Source of the DNA: Mytilus trossulus
Taxonomy: Eukaryota
Direction of reading: 5' to 3'
Length of the DNA: 64,000 nt
Assembly: GCF_036588685.1 (NCBI RefSeq)
Contig: NC_086378.1
Coordinates: 85,188,001-85,252,000, forward strand
The position numbers and the translations under genes are program-made. This document shows positions 38,501 to 51,349 of this stretch, piece by piece; position 1 is the first letter of the stretch; each line of letters starts with the position of its first letter. The notes below the pieces were generated by a model. The model made no database searches and was not told the DNA's origin. It saw only the letters and a program-made list of their open reading frames with translations.

Positions 38501-41142
38501 GATGTATATTGGCTAAATTTGTAAAAGTGATTGATTCAATCTTTCTGAATTTTGGATATATATCTGGACTAGTACTATACATTACACACACAAAAAATTT
38601 GACAAAAGTGAATAGTGCAATTTTTTTAATGATACAAAACGTTCTAAATAACTGATAGAGGAATTAATTGTGGTCTGTGGCCCCTACACTAAATCAAGGG
38701 CATAAAAAAAGCTGCTCAGGTAATTTAAACATTGAGGTATTTCTGCTGTGAATCTTTACTAAAGTATTCCGTCATTTTTATTATTTCTTGATTTTAACAA
38801 ATACATTGTGTGAATAAACGTTTAAAATCATAGCAAGGGAGATAATTCATTCTTCTTAGAGCATATGTCATTCCTATCTTATAATTATAGGTCCTTTGTA
38901 TGCCATTTCAAACAAAATTTCTAAAATTGGGGTAAAGGAACATTTTGGTAGAATTTGAATCAGTAAAACAGTAATAACGCAATGTCCCAAACTTTTCCAA
39001 ACTGTTTTCCATTTTTTTTTATGTGAGTTCATATATAGCTGCCAGGCAAATCCTATTATGTTCAGGCAAAGTTTTTTTTATCTACCTTGAGAAGACTATA
39101 TATACCTGCAGTTAGAAGTTCTTGCTCCATGATGCCACAACCCAACACCTCTAACCATTCTCCTTGAAATTTAATCTCTAGTTCCCAGGAGGGATGGGTA
39201 AATGGGAAATAAGCATCAACCCATTGTGTTTCTACATCTACAATATACATTATAATAATTAAATCAAATCATAATTCATAAGTATCAATAAGTGATACTA
39301 TATAATGTCTCATCTTTAAATGATAACTGATATTCTGTATTGTGGTTCATTTCTTCAGAAAGAACTAGTGCTTTGAAAATATTATTATTTGTATTTATAT
39401 TTCATACCTGCCAACTTTTCAAAATGCCCATGGGGGTTTTGCATGCGACATGGCTGTCATAGTCCTAAAATACCTTTTAAGAAGCCTTCAAATACATTTC
39501 AATGTTGTTTTTGGCTTCTTCATACTTTTATAAGCCTAATGTCATTGTAAAATTAATTGTTATGTTTAAAATTGTGGACACAATTGCTCTTTCAAAATTT
39601 CAATTTGGAAACCTCCATGGGGGCCTCTAATAGTGACAGTTGGCAGGTATGATATTTTCAAAAAATTCAAAAAATGCATATGATGCTTACAGGGAAATAA
39701 TAACATGAATAATGATATGATAAATATGATAAACGTAAGTGTGATGATGATATATCACTGTTGGCTGGAAATGATAAGGTACTTTATAATATCTCATTTT
39801 AGCAAAAATGTTAAGATTTATCTGCTTATCCTATATTACGGAATTAAAAGTAATTGCAAATGTAATGTCCATTTTGTATGCAGATCAAAGCATAATACAA
39901 TGTATTGCAACTCTTTCCATATGACTATACACAAACCTTTTCCAAACAACTCAAAAGCCAGATTTTCTAAAGTAGATTTTAGTTCATGTTCCAGGATCAT
40001 CACAGCTTCTTTCGTGTGCAATGGCTGTTTGGTTTCAGTTTTTTCACCATTTTCAAATATCTGGTAATCCCCAGTGATGTTCATTTTAGAAAAAAGCTAC
40101 AATAAAATTGTTCAATTTAAAAAAGGATGATATGAGTTAATAAACATGATAAAATCATGTTGTGACCCTTTATTAAGTGCAAAAATCATTTGCTGGACAC
40201 ATATATATCTTTTTTAACCTAAAAACAAAAGTTGTCACCTGTCAAACACAGGCAAAAGTAAATGTATTTCCAAGGTCAAGTTTAAGGGAATATTTTTTTC
40301 AATCCTTTTTCTTTTGTTACGGGATGTGACGTACTATGATAATTTGGTATTACCATGATTACCTCTAAATCTAAGCAAATGAACCTTCCAGTTTTAGCAG
40401 CTAACTATGATTTGTGTAGCAACATTGACATGTTAATATATTTTTTATTTGTTTTTATTGATACAATGACTCATGCTTACCCTGAACCTAAATGTCTTCA
40501 AAGTCAAATATTTTTCTCAAAATGGGATCATTATAAAAAGGTGAGAATATTTAGAAATTTATTTCTGCTTACCTCCTGGCCCCTATAGAGTCTTACTCCT
40601 TCTGCCTGGTGGAATATTGGATAATGACTTGAATCAATAGCATCCCTCCTATACACATCACCAAATACAAGGAAGGCGTTCAGTCCAGTTCTTATTAAAT
40701 CACTTTGATGTGATGATGTATGGGCACGTAACATGTACTCAGAATTCAGATAAAAACTCTCAGACAGTTTCCTACTGACATGATCCTCAGGCACTAATAA
40801 ACTATCAAAATTCTGATGTAACGTTACAACTGGGCTGATACTGTCATATACAGAAAACACAGGATTTTTCTGTCGATTTATAAAATTCTTGTAAAAGTAA
40901 TCAACTATTTGTTTTTTCAATAAATTTAAAGGATGATGTTTCATATTATGTAAACCAATTCCAATTTTTGGTATTAAGCTTGATCGAATATTTGTAACAT
41001 GATCAGTTTTATATGTCTTCCCTAACAATTCAATTGTACCATTTGTCTCTGATAACTTAGGACTTGTACAATAACAACATCTGATCAGCTGATATCTTCT
41101 CAATGATTGTTTCAATGTGGCATGTAAGACAGGACAAATCAT
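35549..41142 (-). CDS. FARS2: Phenylalanine--tRNA ligase, mitochondrial (439 aa)
   Basis: Exons 41142-40573, 40096-39937, 39237-39106, 37422-37259 and 35842-35549, all GT-AG, 1320 nt. Motifs [61 protein letters not shown] and the C-terminal FDX-ACB domain. Confidence 0.97.
37821..38682. mobile_element. Head-to-tail dimer of a ~410-440 bp MITE in a FARS2 intron
   Basis: Copies 37821-38233 and 38239-38682, each bounded by GGCCCAAGACCACAATTAAT / ATTAATTGTGGTCTGTGGCC. Confidence 0.8.
39403..39651. mobile_element. MITE with 13-bp TIR
   Basis: CATACCTGCCAAC ... GTTGGCAGGTATG, flanked by ATATTT on both sides (6-bp TSD). Confidence 0.75.
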
Positions 41143-42390
41143 CTTGGTACCAAAAGTAACCTGAAATATAGAAGAAAAAAAATAATTCTATCATAAGATC
41201 AATAAGAAATTCCTAATTTATAGTTTTGTTTACATAGATATAAGAAAATGTGAAATGAGTGCCAATGAGACAACTCTCAATCCAAGTCACAATATGTTAA
41301 AGTAGACCATTATACTGATCAAAGTATGGTCTTTAACATAGAGTCTTGGCTTACGCTGAGCAGCAAGCAATAAAGAGCTAAACAAATGGCTAGTGTATGT
41401 ATGTATTCAGCAACTAGTTTGGCCTCATTTGCCATGTTTGCAGCTATACTTTTGTTTAAAAAAAGAAAGTATGAATATTTGACAATTACTAATGACTATT
41501 TACTTATACCAGTAATCTATTTTAAAGAAAATAATATCATGATTATTTTCATGGTATGTACTTGGTCTGTGTTCATGGTGTTAATGGCCATCACGAAATA
41601 AATATGTCTAGTTAATTTTTCAAAATTTTTCAACATGAATATATGTCACATTTAAAAATTTAAAAAAAATATAGATAGGGATGTAACATGTGTAATATCT
41701 GAAGGTTTTTGGAAAAAAGTCTATTTAACTGTGATTTTCAACAATTTTTCTAAGTCCAAAGCCCATAATTTTAGCAAAAATTAGTGGAGCAGAATGAAAC
41801 TTACACTTGATCTGTAACTCATCATGGTTAACTCATATATAGAAAATCAGCCCAATATATGAAGGCGTTTGGAAAAAAGTCTTTAAAACTGTGATTTTCA
41901 ACAATTTTCAAAGTCAAACTGTGTTGTGCAAGAATTTATTAAATATTTTGGGATGCTATGAATTAACAAAGAAGCTTAATTCATTCAAGTATGGACATCA
42001 CAATTTTTATAATAATGGCAACTAATGACATAACAATTTGAAAGATTAGTTCTTCTTCTTTCTTTTGGTACCTCATTTATAACGTTTAAAGAAAGATGAG
42101 TGTAATTACATGAGTTTAAAGATGTCTGATTGGGAATGAAAAATCTTTGTATTGTGCTACCTTTTAAAAGAGGTATTAATGAAAGTATATATTCATCATT
42201 AAACTGTAAAACACCATTTTAATGCATGCATTTAAATAAGTTGGTACGAGTTAGAGTGAGTGGTACCAGTTTGCATTGGTACAACTTTTTTTTAGTGGTA
42301 CGAGTTGACGTTGGTATGAGTTTACAATGGGACAGGATAACTATAATTCAACTTGTGTACTAGTCCAAGTAAAATTTGATATCACACTAA

Positions 42391-42683
42391 GGCAGCAACC
42401 ATTTGATTTTTTTTTTTGGGGGGGGGGGGGGCTATGGATTTTTTTGGGGAAAAAAAGGTTGTTTATGGTTTTAGGAGAAAAAAATAATTTGTTTTTTACC
42501 CTGAAAAAAAATTTGTTTGTTTCTCCCTCAGCTGCCACTATGTGTAATGCTAACATTGAAAGAAAAATTGTTTTCGACTTGTCGCCAAAAAAAATATATT
42601 GTTCTTTGCCAAAGGAGAGAAAAAAAATAGTTTGTCGAGAAAAAAAATCCATAGCCCCACCAGAAAATCAAATGGTTGCTGCC
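42391..42683. mobile_element. PIF/Harbinger (Tourist-like) MITE
   Basis: 20-bp TIR GGCAGCAACCATTTGATTTT, with a TAA target duplication on both sides. Confidence 0.82.
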
Positions 42684-43399
42684 TAAACTCCAAAACATTT
42701 AGATGAACTCAAATTAAGAATTTGACAACTTGTGTCCTTTTAAAGTTTCCTTTAAAAAAATAATCAACAGTCGCTACAAATTTCTGGAAAATAAACTTCA
42801 TCAAGAGAGCACTGTGATGGTCAAAATCAGATTTTGCATAGGTCAAAAATTATGACGTCTCAAAAGACTATTAGGCCTATACCTTTTTGCTATGACGCCT
42901 TAATTACCATGCTTACAAGTTCCACCATTGTTGTAAGGTGTCAAAGCAAAAATATATGTTGTTTGAAATATATGCAAAGATTAATACATTCACCTTGACC
43001 ATAGCCGATTAAAAATCTAATAGAGTTTGTATCATTCAAAATTATGCAGAGCGCCAGAGAGATAGGTTTATTGACAATATTGTGTTAACGTTGGAACCCC
43101 AATTTCTTTTAACCATCAATGCATTAGCATAGGGAAATAAAGTTGGAACCCCCTCTTTTATCCTGGGTTGACCCCACCCCCTTTTAAAAATGGCCGGATC
43201 CCCCTCCTGAATGGTGTGACCTGCCAAAACCATAAGGTCAGTACACAGATCTGCTATTTTCTTTCGATACAAACGTGATTGTCTGAAAATATGTCTCTAT
43301 CACAATGCAATGCTAACAATGAATTTGCGACACAAAAAAATAATCAAACATGAAACAATGTCATACTAGTAGAAATAGTTAAAGAAGCTAATATTTAAC

Positions 43400-43502
43400 T
43401 TTCGATTCCATGTTGTTTACCGAAAATGCAAGTCCTTCCGGGAGTCGACTCTAAAATTAGTCAAATATAAAGGGAGATAATAACAGACCGAAAACTAAAA
43501 AC
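43400..43502. promoter_or_regulatory. Putative compact bidirectional promoter of FARS2/LYRM4
   Basis: The FARS2 ATG exon has an acceptor at 41160, so an upstream exon is needed. A candidate minus-strand donor TCG|GTAAAC lies at 43421, ~80 bp from the LYRM4 ATG. ETS/GABP-like CCGGAAG (minus strand) at ~43435-43441. Confidence 0.5.
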
Positions 43503-46500
43503 ATGGGTTCAAGATCAAAAGCGCTTGCCTTATATAAGCAAATACTTCAAGAAAGTAAAAAGTTTACATCGTACAACTATAGGTTAGTTGTGAAATAATT
43601 TGATCCTTTGCCCCTTTTTAATCCGACATTCATTTTATTATTATCTAGATCCATTTTTTCTAGATAATTTCATCGGCTTATCTCTGATGGACAGGTCGAA
43701 TCGGCATATGGTCAATTCGGCACCGATAGAAAAGTCAAATCGTCATTAAGACAAATCAACACCTTGTCATATAGTTACCTTTTTAACAGTTTAATGTCAT
43801 TTCCCCATTTGACTAATCAATTCGATACCATTAAACAGGTCAGGAATAACCACCAATTGGTGGATTATACCTCAATAAACGTATTTACACTTTTGGTATT
43901 TAGCTGAATTTTGTCTCCAAATGACCTTAGATCGCCTCCAAATAACCTTTTGACGTCAGGCAACAATCACTTTTTTATTGTGACGTCAATTTTTTTGAAT
44001 TGTTATGTCAAAGTTTACGGGAAGGTTCCATAGATACTATATACCTTGATTTCATGAAGGCATTTGATACTGTCCCCCACAAACGACTGATTGGAAAATT
44101 AAAGAGTTACGGAATATCAGAAGAGATAATATCATGGGTAACATCATTCCTTAGTGGTAGAAAACAGCAAGTACGTGTCAACGGCAGCTACTCAGAATTC
44201 AAACAAGTAACAAGCGGCATCCCTCAAGGCAGTGTATTGGGTCCAATATTGTTTGTCATCTACATTAATGATCTACCAGAAATGCTTGACTCAGATTGCT
44301 ACATGTTTGCTGACGATACCAAAGTCTTTCGACAAATACAAACAACAGATGATAGTGATGCACTTCAAACAGACTTATCTCATCTAGAATCTTGGTCAAA
44401 TACTTGGTTGCTAAGATTTCACCCAGATAAATGTAAAGTCCTAACAACAGGGAAACAACATGATAACAACCATAAATACAACCTGTGTAATACCACACTA
44501 GAACATGTTGACAAAGAAAAAGACATAGGAGTAACCATTGATAACAAACTAAATTTCGAACAACATATGAATGAAAAAATAAATAAGGCCAATAGTATTA
44601 TGGGACTAATTAGAAGGACATTTACCTGCCTCAATGAGGAAATGTTCTTATTACTTTATAAAGCACTAGCAAGACCAAACCTCGAATATGCCAATGCTAT
44701 ATGGAGCCCATTCAAAGTTAAAGATATAACAGCACTTGAAAATGTTCAAAGGCGAGCAACAAAATTGATACCAACATTGAAAGATCTAGAGTACGAACAA
44801 CGGTTGAAGAAGCTTAAATTACCAACACTTAAATACAGACGAATGAGAGGTGATATGATAGAAGCTTACAAATTAACATCGGGAATATATGACGAAGCGT
44901 TACCTAACCTACTCACATATAACACCACTTCTGCTACTAGAGGACACAACAAAAAACTGACTATCCAAAGATGCAACAAAAACATAAGATCCAACTTCTT
45001 CACACAACGAATTGCACCAATATGGAACAGCTTACCCAGCAGCGTTGTAAATGCACCAACTATTCAGACATTTGAAAGCCGCCTAGATAAATATTGGACA
45101 AATAGTGAAATGAAATATAACTATAGAGCAAAAGCTGACACAGGAACCGGAACCGAAACAAGTCAGCAAATAACTGAAGATCTGAGCATAGTGGAGTGAT
45201 CCAGCGCTCAGTTACAGACTATGTAAGACTATGTAAGACTATGTAAGGGAACCTGTGTGATTCTACATAATGGCGGACAAATTTGCATACAAGTGTAAAT
45301 ACATCTATTTACGTATAATCCACCGATTGACATATAATGGTATAGACCAATTGGTGTATAATTCTTTGTTTTTCAAAACAAATTATTCCACCAAAATGAA
45401 GCATTGTCTTCTTAAAACCATATTATGGTATGAAAACTTGTCAAACTTTCCTAGTTTAGTATAGTAACATAACATATTGCATTTAATCAATAATTGTATT
45501 TGAAGTTTCTTCTATTGTTATCTTGTCAATTCTTGACTGGCAAATTTACCTGTAATTACCTTTCAATGGACATCATTACTGTCTGCAGTCATGTGATCAT
45601 GAGTACAACTCCACAGGTGAATGGGACTCTTTATTAATACTTAACTTTCATTATCAAAAGTCAATTATGGTCAATAGTACAAATGTCTCAACAAAAGAAT
45701 TGTTGTAAACATGCATTCTCAAGAGATGCAGCAGGCTTTGACAAAACAGAAACTTTCGGAGGACTCAATCAGGGTCATGAAATAGGTTGCAGATTGCAAA
45801 AGCATGCTCCTATCTCACATCAGCATTTAATTACAAAAAGTAGCATTATACATCAATTGGTCTATACAAATATACCTCAATTGGTGGATTATACGTCAAT
45901 TGAGGTATAATACACCAATTGGTGGTTATTCCTGACCTGTTAAAAGATTAATATAATTTGTGTTACGAAAATCGTTACCAACCATGTTACCATGATTAAT
46001 ATTGTGTTACGAAAATCGTTACCAACCATGTTACCATCATTGAGAATAGGAAATTATGCCCTAACAGTCAGTCATTAAACAGTCATTTTCAGATAATTTA
46101 AGCGTCAACTTGGCTAAAGTTTCACTGTCATTGGTCAAAATAGTTATATTGTAATTTGATTTTAGGTAACCACAATTCTCAGATCTGCAGTGACATCACA
46201 AGATGTAACTGACCAATCAATGATTAGCATTAGTGGAAGATGCTGTGGAACCGTAGCTCTTAATTAATAGATGGTCCGCGAATAGTAAAAAAATAACATA
46301 AGGACCTAAAATCTACGGTTCCACAGCTAGGAAGATGTTAGTCCAAATAATTATGACGTATTGAAAGGCTATTTTTTTCTTTGACACTTATATTTTTTTA
46401 TAAGAAAAAAAATATGATAGCCTTTCAAGACGTCATAATTATTTGGACTGGGCAGATGTATACTACAATGTATACCAGCTATAAATCATGCCCAAATTCT

Positions 46501-48435
46501 TCAAGGACTAGGAATATTTCTTTGATGGCCTTATGATTGCTAATGTAGGCAGTTATTGCATGAATTGACTGTTGTGATGCTGACTGGCCTGACACAGCAT
46601 TATTACTTATAAACATGATAAACGTAACGACTATTTCACTGCATAATTGTTATCCTTGTAAATACATTCAAATCGATATTTTTGTTGAGAAAGGACCGAG
46701 GATACATAGTCATTACATGTACATGTATGTAAATTATTGGGGGTCTCATATCCCGGATCCTGCTTACTGTTTTGTATCCTGTGCATGCTTACACTATGTA
46801 CGTAAGCAATTTTCATTTTTTTGTAATTTCCTGGGTCCTGCCAGACTTCATTTCCCGTTTTTACGGCACAATAATTTGTATTTCACATGTAAAGCTTACT
46901 AAAAATCTGCAATCCCACTTAATGCTTTGACCCAAATGAAACCCACATTATTTTGCATGGGATATTAATTTTTTTGAGGATTTAAAGTATTATGAATTTA
47001 AATGTTTGAAACTAAGTACAAATCTTGTACAGGTATATATGCAAACTTTGAAACTATGACAGCAGATGTTCATGAAAACTTTTTTCTTTTTTCTTGGTCA
47101 GTTCATATAAATTGGGAATCCATAGTAAATCTGACTATAGAAACACATGCATTTTGCTTATGACAACTGTTGTATGCATATTTAGAACATGTTAATTAAT
47201 ATGAATCTTTTATGTATTAAAATGGAAAGTGGTTTGGGATTTAAAATGCAAGTTTATGAGAATATTAAACTGTCTATTTTAAGATTTGTCTCCAACATGT
47301 CCAATGACACAGACATATTTAAAATTTATGCGCAAAATAAGAGTTTATCCTTATTTGAAAAAAAACATTTAATTTTCTGCTGTGTTGGCTTAGCCGCTTA
47401 GAAAATGGATAATGGTCAAGATTATGTTTTTTAAAATAATGTGCAAATAATGCAGACTTAAGGATAATGTGATTGATAAATATTTGGTTGAATTTGAAAT
47501 ATAGCAAAAATTAATGAAACGTTTAAACTATGTATTAAAATTTTTCATAAGAAATTGAAGTTTTATTTTTGCTGTTTCAGAAATTATGCTATTAGAAAAA
47601 CACGAGAGGAATTTAGACAAAACAAAGAAGTTACAGATCCACAAAAGTTAAAAGATTTATTTAAAAAAGCCAAAGATAATCTAGAGATTGTACAGAGACA
47701 GGTAATATCTACTATTTATTTTCACTCTGTTCAACAGAAAATAAATCATTTATGTCATTGTATGTACTCTTCATGCTCTTGGCTTCTTATTTTCTGACGA
47801 CACCCTAATTCCAACCATGAAAAAGAATATGTTTGTCTCAAATTTTTCCAAGAAATTATTTCTGTATTATTAAGACAAACACCATTATAGAGACTATGTG
47901 TCAGGTGTAGTGACCATCTTCAAAATTTATTATACACATAAAATGCTACAGGACAAATGTTTGCAATAGTCCTGTACTCACCACAAGTAGCATCAGTTCA
48001 ATCAAGTAACATACAATCTACAAAAGAAAAGCACATAATTGAAATATGAACACTGCATATCAAATGCACATACTGTTATACTGAAGATTAATCTTCTATA
48101 CACAAATATATACTACTTGTTAGAAGGCATCAAACCTAGTTGATAACTTTTCTCGTGCAGGCATGACTTTAAATACTAACAGATTTTATAATATGTGGTA
48201 TGAGTGCTAACGTGACATCCAAGTCTTAACATACCTTCTTACTCTATTGTGATTACAATAAGCCAGCTTCCAATACTCTTAAATCTTGAACATTTTGTTA
48301 ACAGGTACTGGAAGGACAAATGTATGATGGAGGCCATATTGTTTTTAACCTTGAACATTTTATTTACAGGTATTGGTAGGACAAATGTATGATGGGGGCC
48401 ATCTTGTGATAGAAAATCAACCAAAGACTTCATAG
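43503..48435 (+). CDS. LYRM4: LYR motif-containing protein 4 (ISD11), mitochondrial Fe-S cluster assembly, 88 aa
   Basis: Exons 43503-43582, 47581-47701 and 48370-48435 give MGSRSKALALYKQILQESKKFTSYNYRNYAIRKTREEFRQNKEVTDPQKLKDLFKKAKDNLEIVQRQVLVGQMYDGGHLVIENQPKTS*, matching the ISD11 pattern. GT-AG junctions are in phase. Confidence 0.95.
43836..45939. mobile_element. TIR element hosting nested insertions in LYRM4 intron 1
   Basis: ~40-bp TIR CAGGTCAGGAATAACCACCAATTGGTG..., with TTAAA on both flanks. Confidence 0.78.
44000..45246 (+). mobile_element. 5'-truncated CR1-type LINE (reverse transcriptase C-terminal part)
   Basis: Uninterrupted ORF 44000-45199 with YLDFMKAFDTVPH, SGIPQGSVLGPILF, FADDTK, LENVQRRATK and RRMRGDMIE. 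Short 3' UTR ending in (AGACTATGTA)x3. Confidence 0.93.
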
Positions 48436-49337
48436 TGTTTAATAGTTAAAGAGAGATTATGTTGCTTCATTATAAATGAGAAAGTAACTCCAGTGTTTCT
48501 GTGTTCCTCAAGATATAACACCATGATGTGATAAAAGACTCTCTGATCATTAAACATGTTGTAAATCACTTATAAACAGATTTAAACAGGTGAATACCAA
48601 TCATATGTGTTTAATTTCAGTCTTCAAGGTAGAACATTGAAACATATCTGTTTTAAATGACGATCTTGAATAATATGAATTATGTTTGTTTGTTTCAATT
48701 AAAGTGTTACATGTGATATATATATTTTTTTTAATTTGACACTCATTCACCAGTTAGTTCAATTCAATTCTGTATTTCTTTAAACAATACAGTTGAAAAT
48801 CTGGAACCCAATCAAAAAGTGGGGTTGATCTCAGATGTCCTGGAAGGGTGAGCAGATCCTGCTCCACATGTGGAAAAAGCTACAGCATATACATACTGAA
48901 CATATATCTTTAGATATCAGAAGATGTGGTATGGGTGCATAAGAGACAAATCTCCATCAAAGCCATAATTTGTAAAAGTAAATCATTGTAGCTCAAAATA
49001 CTGTGTTAATACAGACACTTGGCTCACACTTAACAGCAATAAAGGGCAAAAAAAAAAATGACTAGTTCAAAACCATTAAAACAGGAAAACTTAAGGTCTA
49101 ATCAATATGCAATAATACAAGAAAAAAATCCATTTGTTTGCCCTAAAAAAATCCACATGTTTACAATTATATTTACATGTTTTTATGAATATCTTATCGC
49201 AGACTTTCCTTATTCACAATAAAAATAAAAAAAAACAACACTTATTTTGGCAAATAATGTTTTAAAATATGCCAATTGATAGTCATTAACTAACATACTG
49301 CTCAAACTAAAGGTAGCACAAGAAAACATGTTTTTAA

Positions 49338-50138
49338 GGTAAAGGAACAGTAAATGGGCTATGTCGCAGATTTTGCTACAAAATTGCATACAACCTTGGC
49401 TCGTTGAACTACAACTGAAAATCGAAAAATAATACATTTATCTCTTTTATTTGCTGAAAAGTTGCAGATTGATTTCTCTTAATATGGGTGAACATTGTAT
49501 AGAAAGCACATAAAATCGGCGAAAAACCTTCTAAAATTTGTCTTAAAATCGCCAAATCTCTAATTCTACTCCATAGATTTTTCTTAAAAAACTATATATT
49601 GTTGACACATAAATTTCTGTTTTAATGATATAAAATAATCATAAGGTCACCGACTTCGTTTTTTATCTAATAATCAATTTGTTACCTTATTGGTAGTGAA
49701 AAACGTCAAAAATCAACGTTTTACGGCCTGCAACGCGATAACGTTACGATTATTTCGACGTTTTGTTGGATTTTTTCACAAAGAACGCAACGTTGAATGA
49801 TGTATACTGTAAAAACGAAGTCGGTGACCCTATCTTTATTTTGCATCATTATAACGGAAATTTATGTATCAACAACATACAGTTTTTTAAGAAAAATCTA
49901 TGGAGTAGAATAAGAGATTTGGCGATTTTAAGACAAATTTTATAAGGGTTTTCGCCGATTGTATGTGCTTTCTATACAAATGTTCATCCATTTTGTAAGA
50001 ATTCAATCAGTAATATTTCAAATGATAATTGAGATAAATGCATTATTATTTCGATTTTCAGTTGAAGTTCATCGAGCCAGAGCTGTATGCCAAATTTTAC
50101 TGAAATCGAAGACATAGCCCATTTACTGTAACTTGACC
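49338..50138. mobile_element. Foldback Kolobok-like MITE (801 bp, ~350-bp inverted arms)
   Basis: TTAA|GGTAAAGGAACAGTAAATGGGCTATGTC ... GACATAGCCCATTTACTGTAACTTGACC|TTAA. The arms are complementary along most of their length. Confidence 0.87.
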
Positions 50139-50386
50139 TTAACAGTAAATTTATAGAAAATGAAACATTGGAATGTATAACAAGTTCATCATTCAAATGT
50201 TGACAAACTTTATTTTAAATGTTTTATTTATTCAACAGTTCTTTTCTCAATGCTTTTTAAATTCGAACTTTATATATATGATTATGTAGCCTTTTAAAAA
50301 AAAGTAGTCTAGCTTCACCTATTAGTCTTTTGAAGACGCAATGCACGTCTGGCGTAAATATAAAATTTCAATCCATATATCTTTAT

Positions 50387-51140
50387 TCCCATATGCAGGT
50401 GAAGTTGGTATATGGTATATTGGTACTAAGGTGGGGCAGTTTCTACATTAAAATAGTCTAGTTTGCATATATTTTGCTGCTGAGATGACTGTTTATGTCA
50501 AATTAGAGGTATAGGTCTAAAATGAGGCAGAGGAAGCTGTGTCTGCTGTTTACTTTATTCCATGTTCTGGAGGATATATCAAAATCATCCAATCAGAAAA
50601 GTTAATGTTAATGGAAAGTACATCATCAATATATCTGAAAGTGAAATTAAATGACATGGCTTCTTTGATCTTCTTGTTTTTGATAAGTGTCTGAAGGAAC
50701 TCTGATTCATATGAAAATAAAAATAGGTCGGCAAAGAGAGGTACACAGTTCGTTCCCATTGGAATGCTGACAATTTGATGAACAAGTTTACCTCCAAATT
50801 CAACAATTATGTTGTCAATAAGAAACTTCATACTGATCACTTCAGTTCCTCTGTGTAGCATGTTTTACTTTTTCGTTCATTATTAACAAAACAGGCAGTA
50901 TGGTATCCCAAAATAATAAATTTTAAGTGTACTCTACTGTTTTATGTTGAAAAGCATTGTGGATTATTTCTTTTAGACAAGTTTTCAATTTCCCATGGGA
51001 AATGGTGGTATACAGAGTTGGAAAATCAAAGGTTTAGAAGATCGAGATTAAAAATTATCGATAAGTTCTTTAGATTTTTTTTTAATTCACATATGCTTGA
51101 TACCACGTGTGAAAACAGTTTCACAGTATTTCTTAAAATC
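50387..51140 (-). mobile_element. Degenerate Penelope-like reverse transcriptase
   Basis: FLIDNI, IPMGTNCVPLFADLFLFSYE and FRYIDDVLS motifs, FDFxTLYTTI upstream, frameshifts present. Confidence 0.82.
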
Positions 51141-51349
51141 CTCAGGTGAATGTTATAGCCTGCTTATACGTTGTTGTCTGAAAGTGTTGACATCCGAATC
51201 AAAAAATCATAATAGTTTCTTGTTTGACTGTACCTGTTTGATACGTGTTGCGGTTCTAAGAGATATATACTCTTTTTTCAGAGTCTTAATCACAAATATC
51301 GTTGATATTGTTTTCACGCTCTGGTCTGGAATATGAAGCACAAGGGGTT

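Noticed and set aside
37933-38591. Duplicated 62-69 aa ORFs
   Set aside because: Internal to the duplicated MITE with no coding signature.
44000-45199. Domesticated host RT gene
   Set aside because: Starts mid-RT at a TTG with no endonuclease and ends in a CR1-type tandem tail; a 5'-truncated insertion.
50399-50461. Candidate LYRM4 last exon (CAG|GTGAAG...)
   Set aside because: No similarity to the ISD11 C-terminus and lies in the PLE remnant; 48370-48435 fits.
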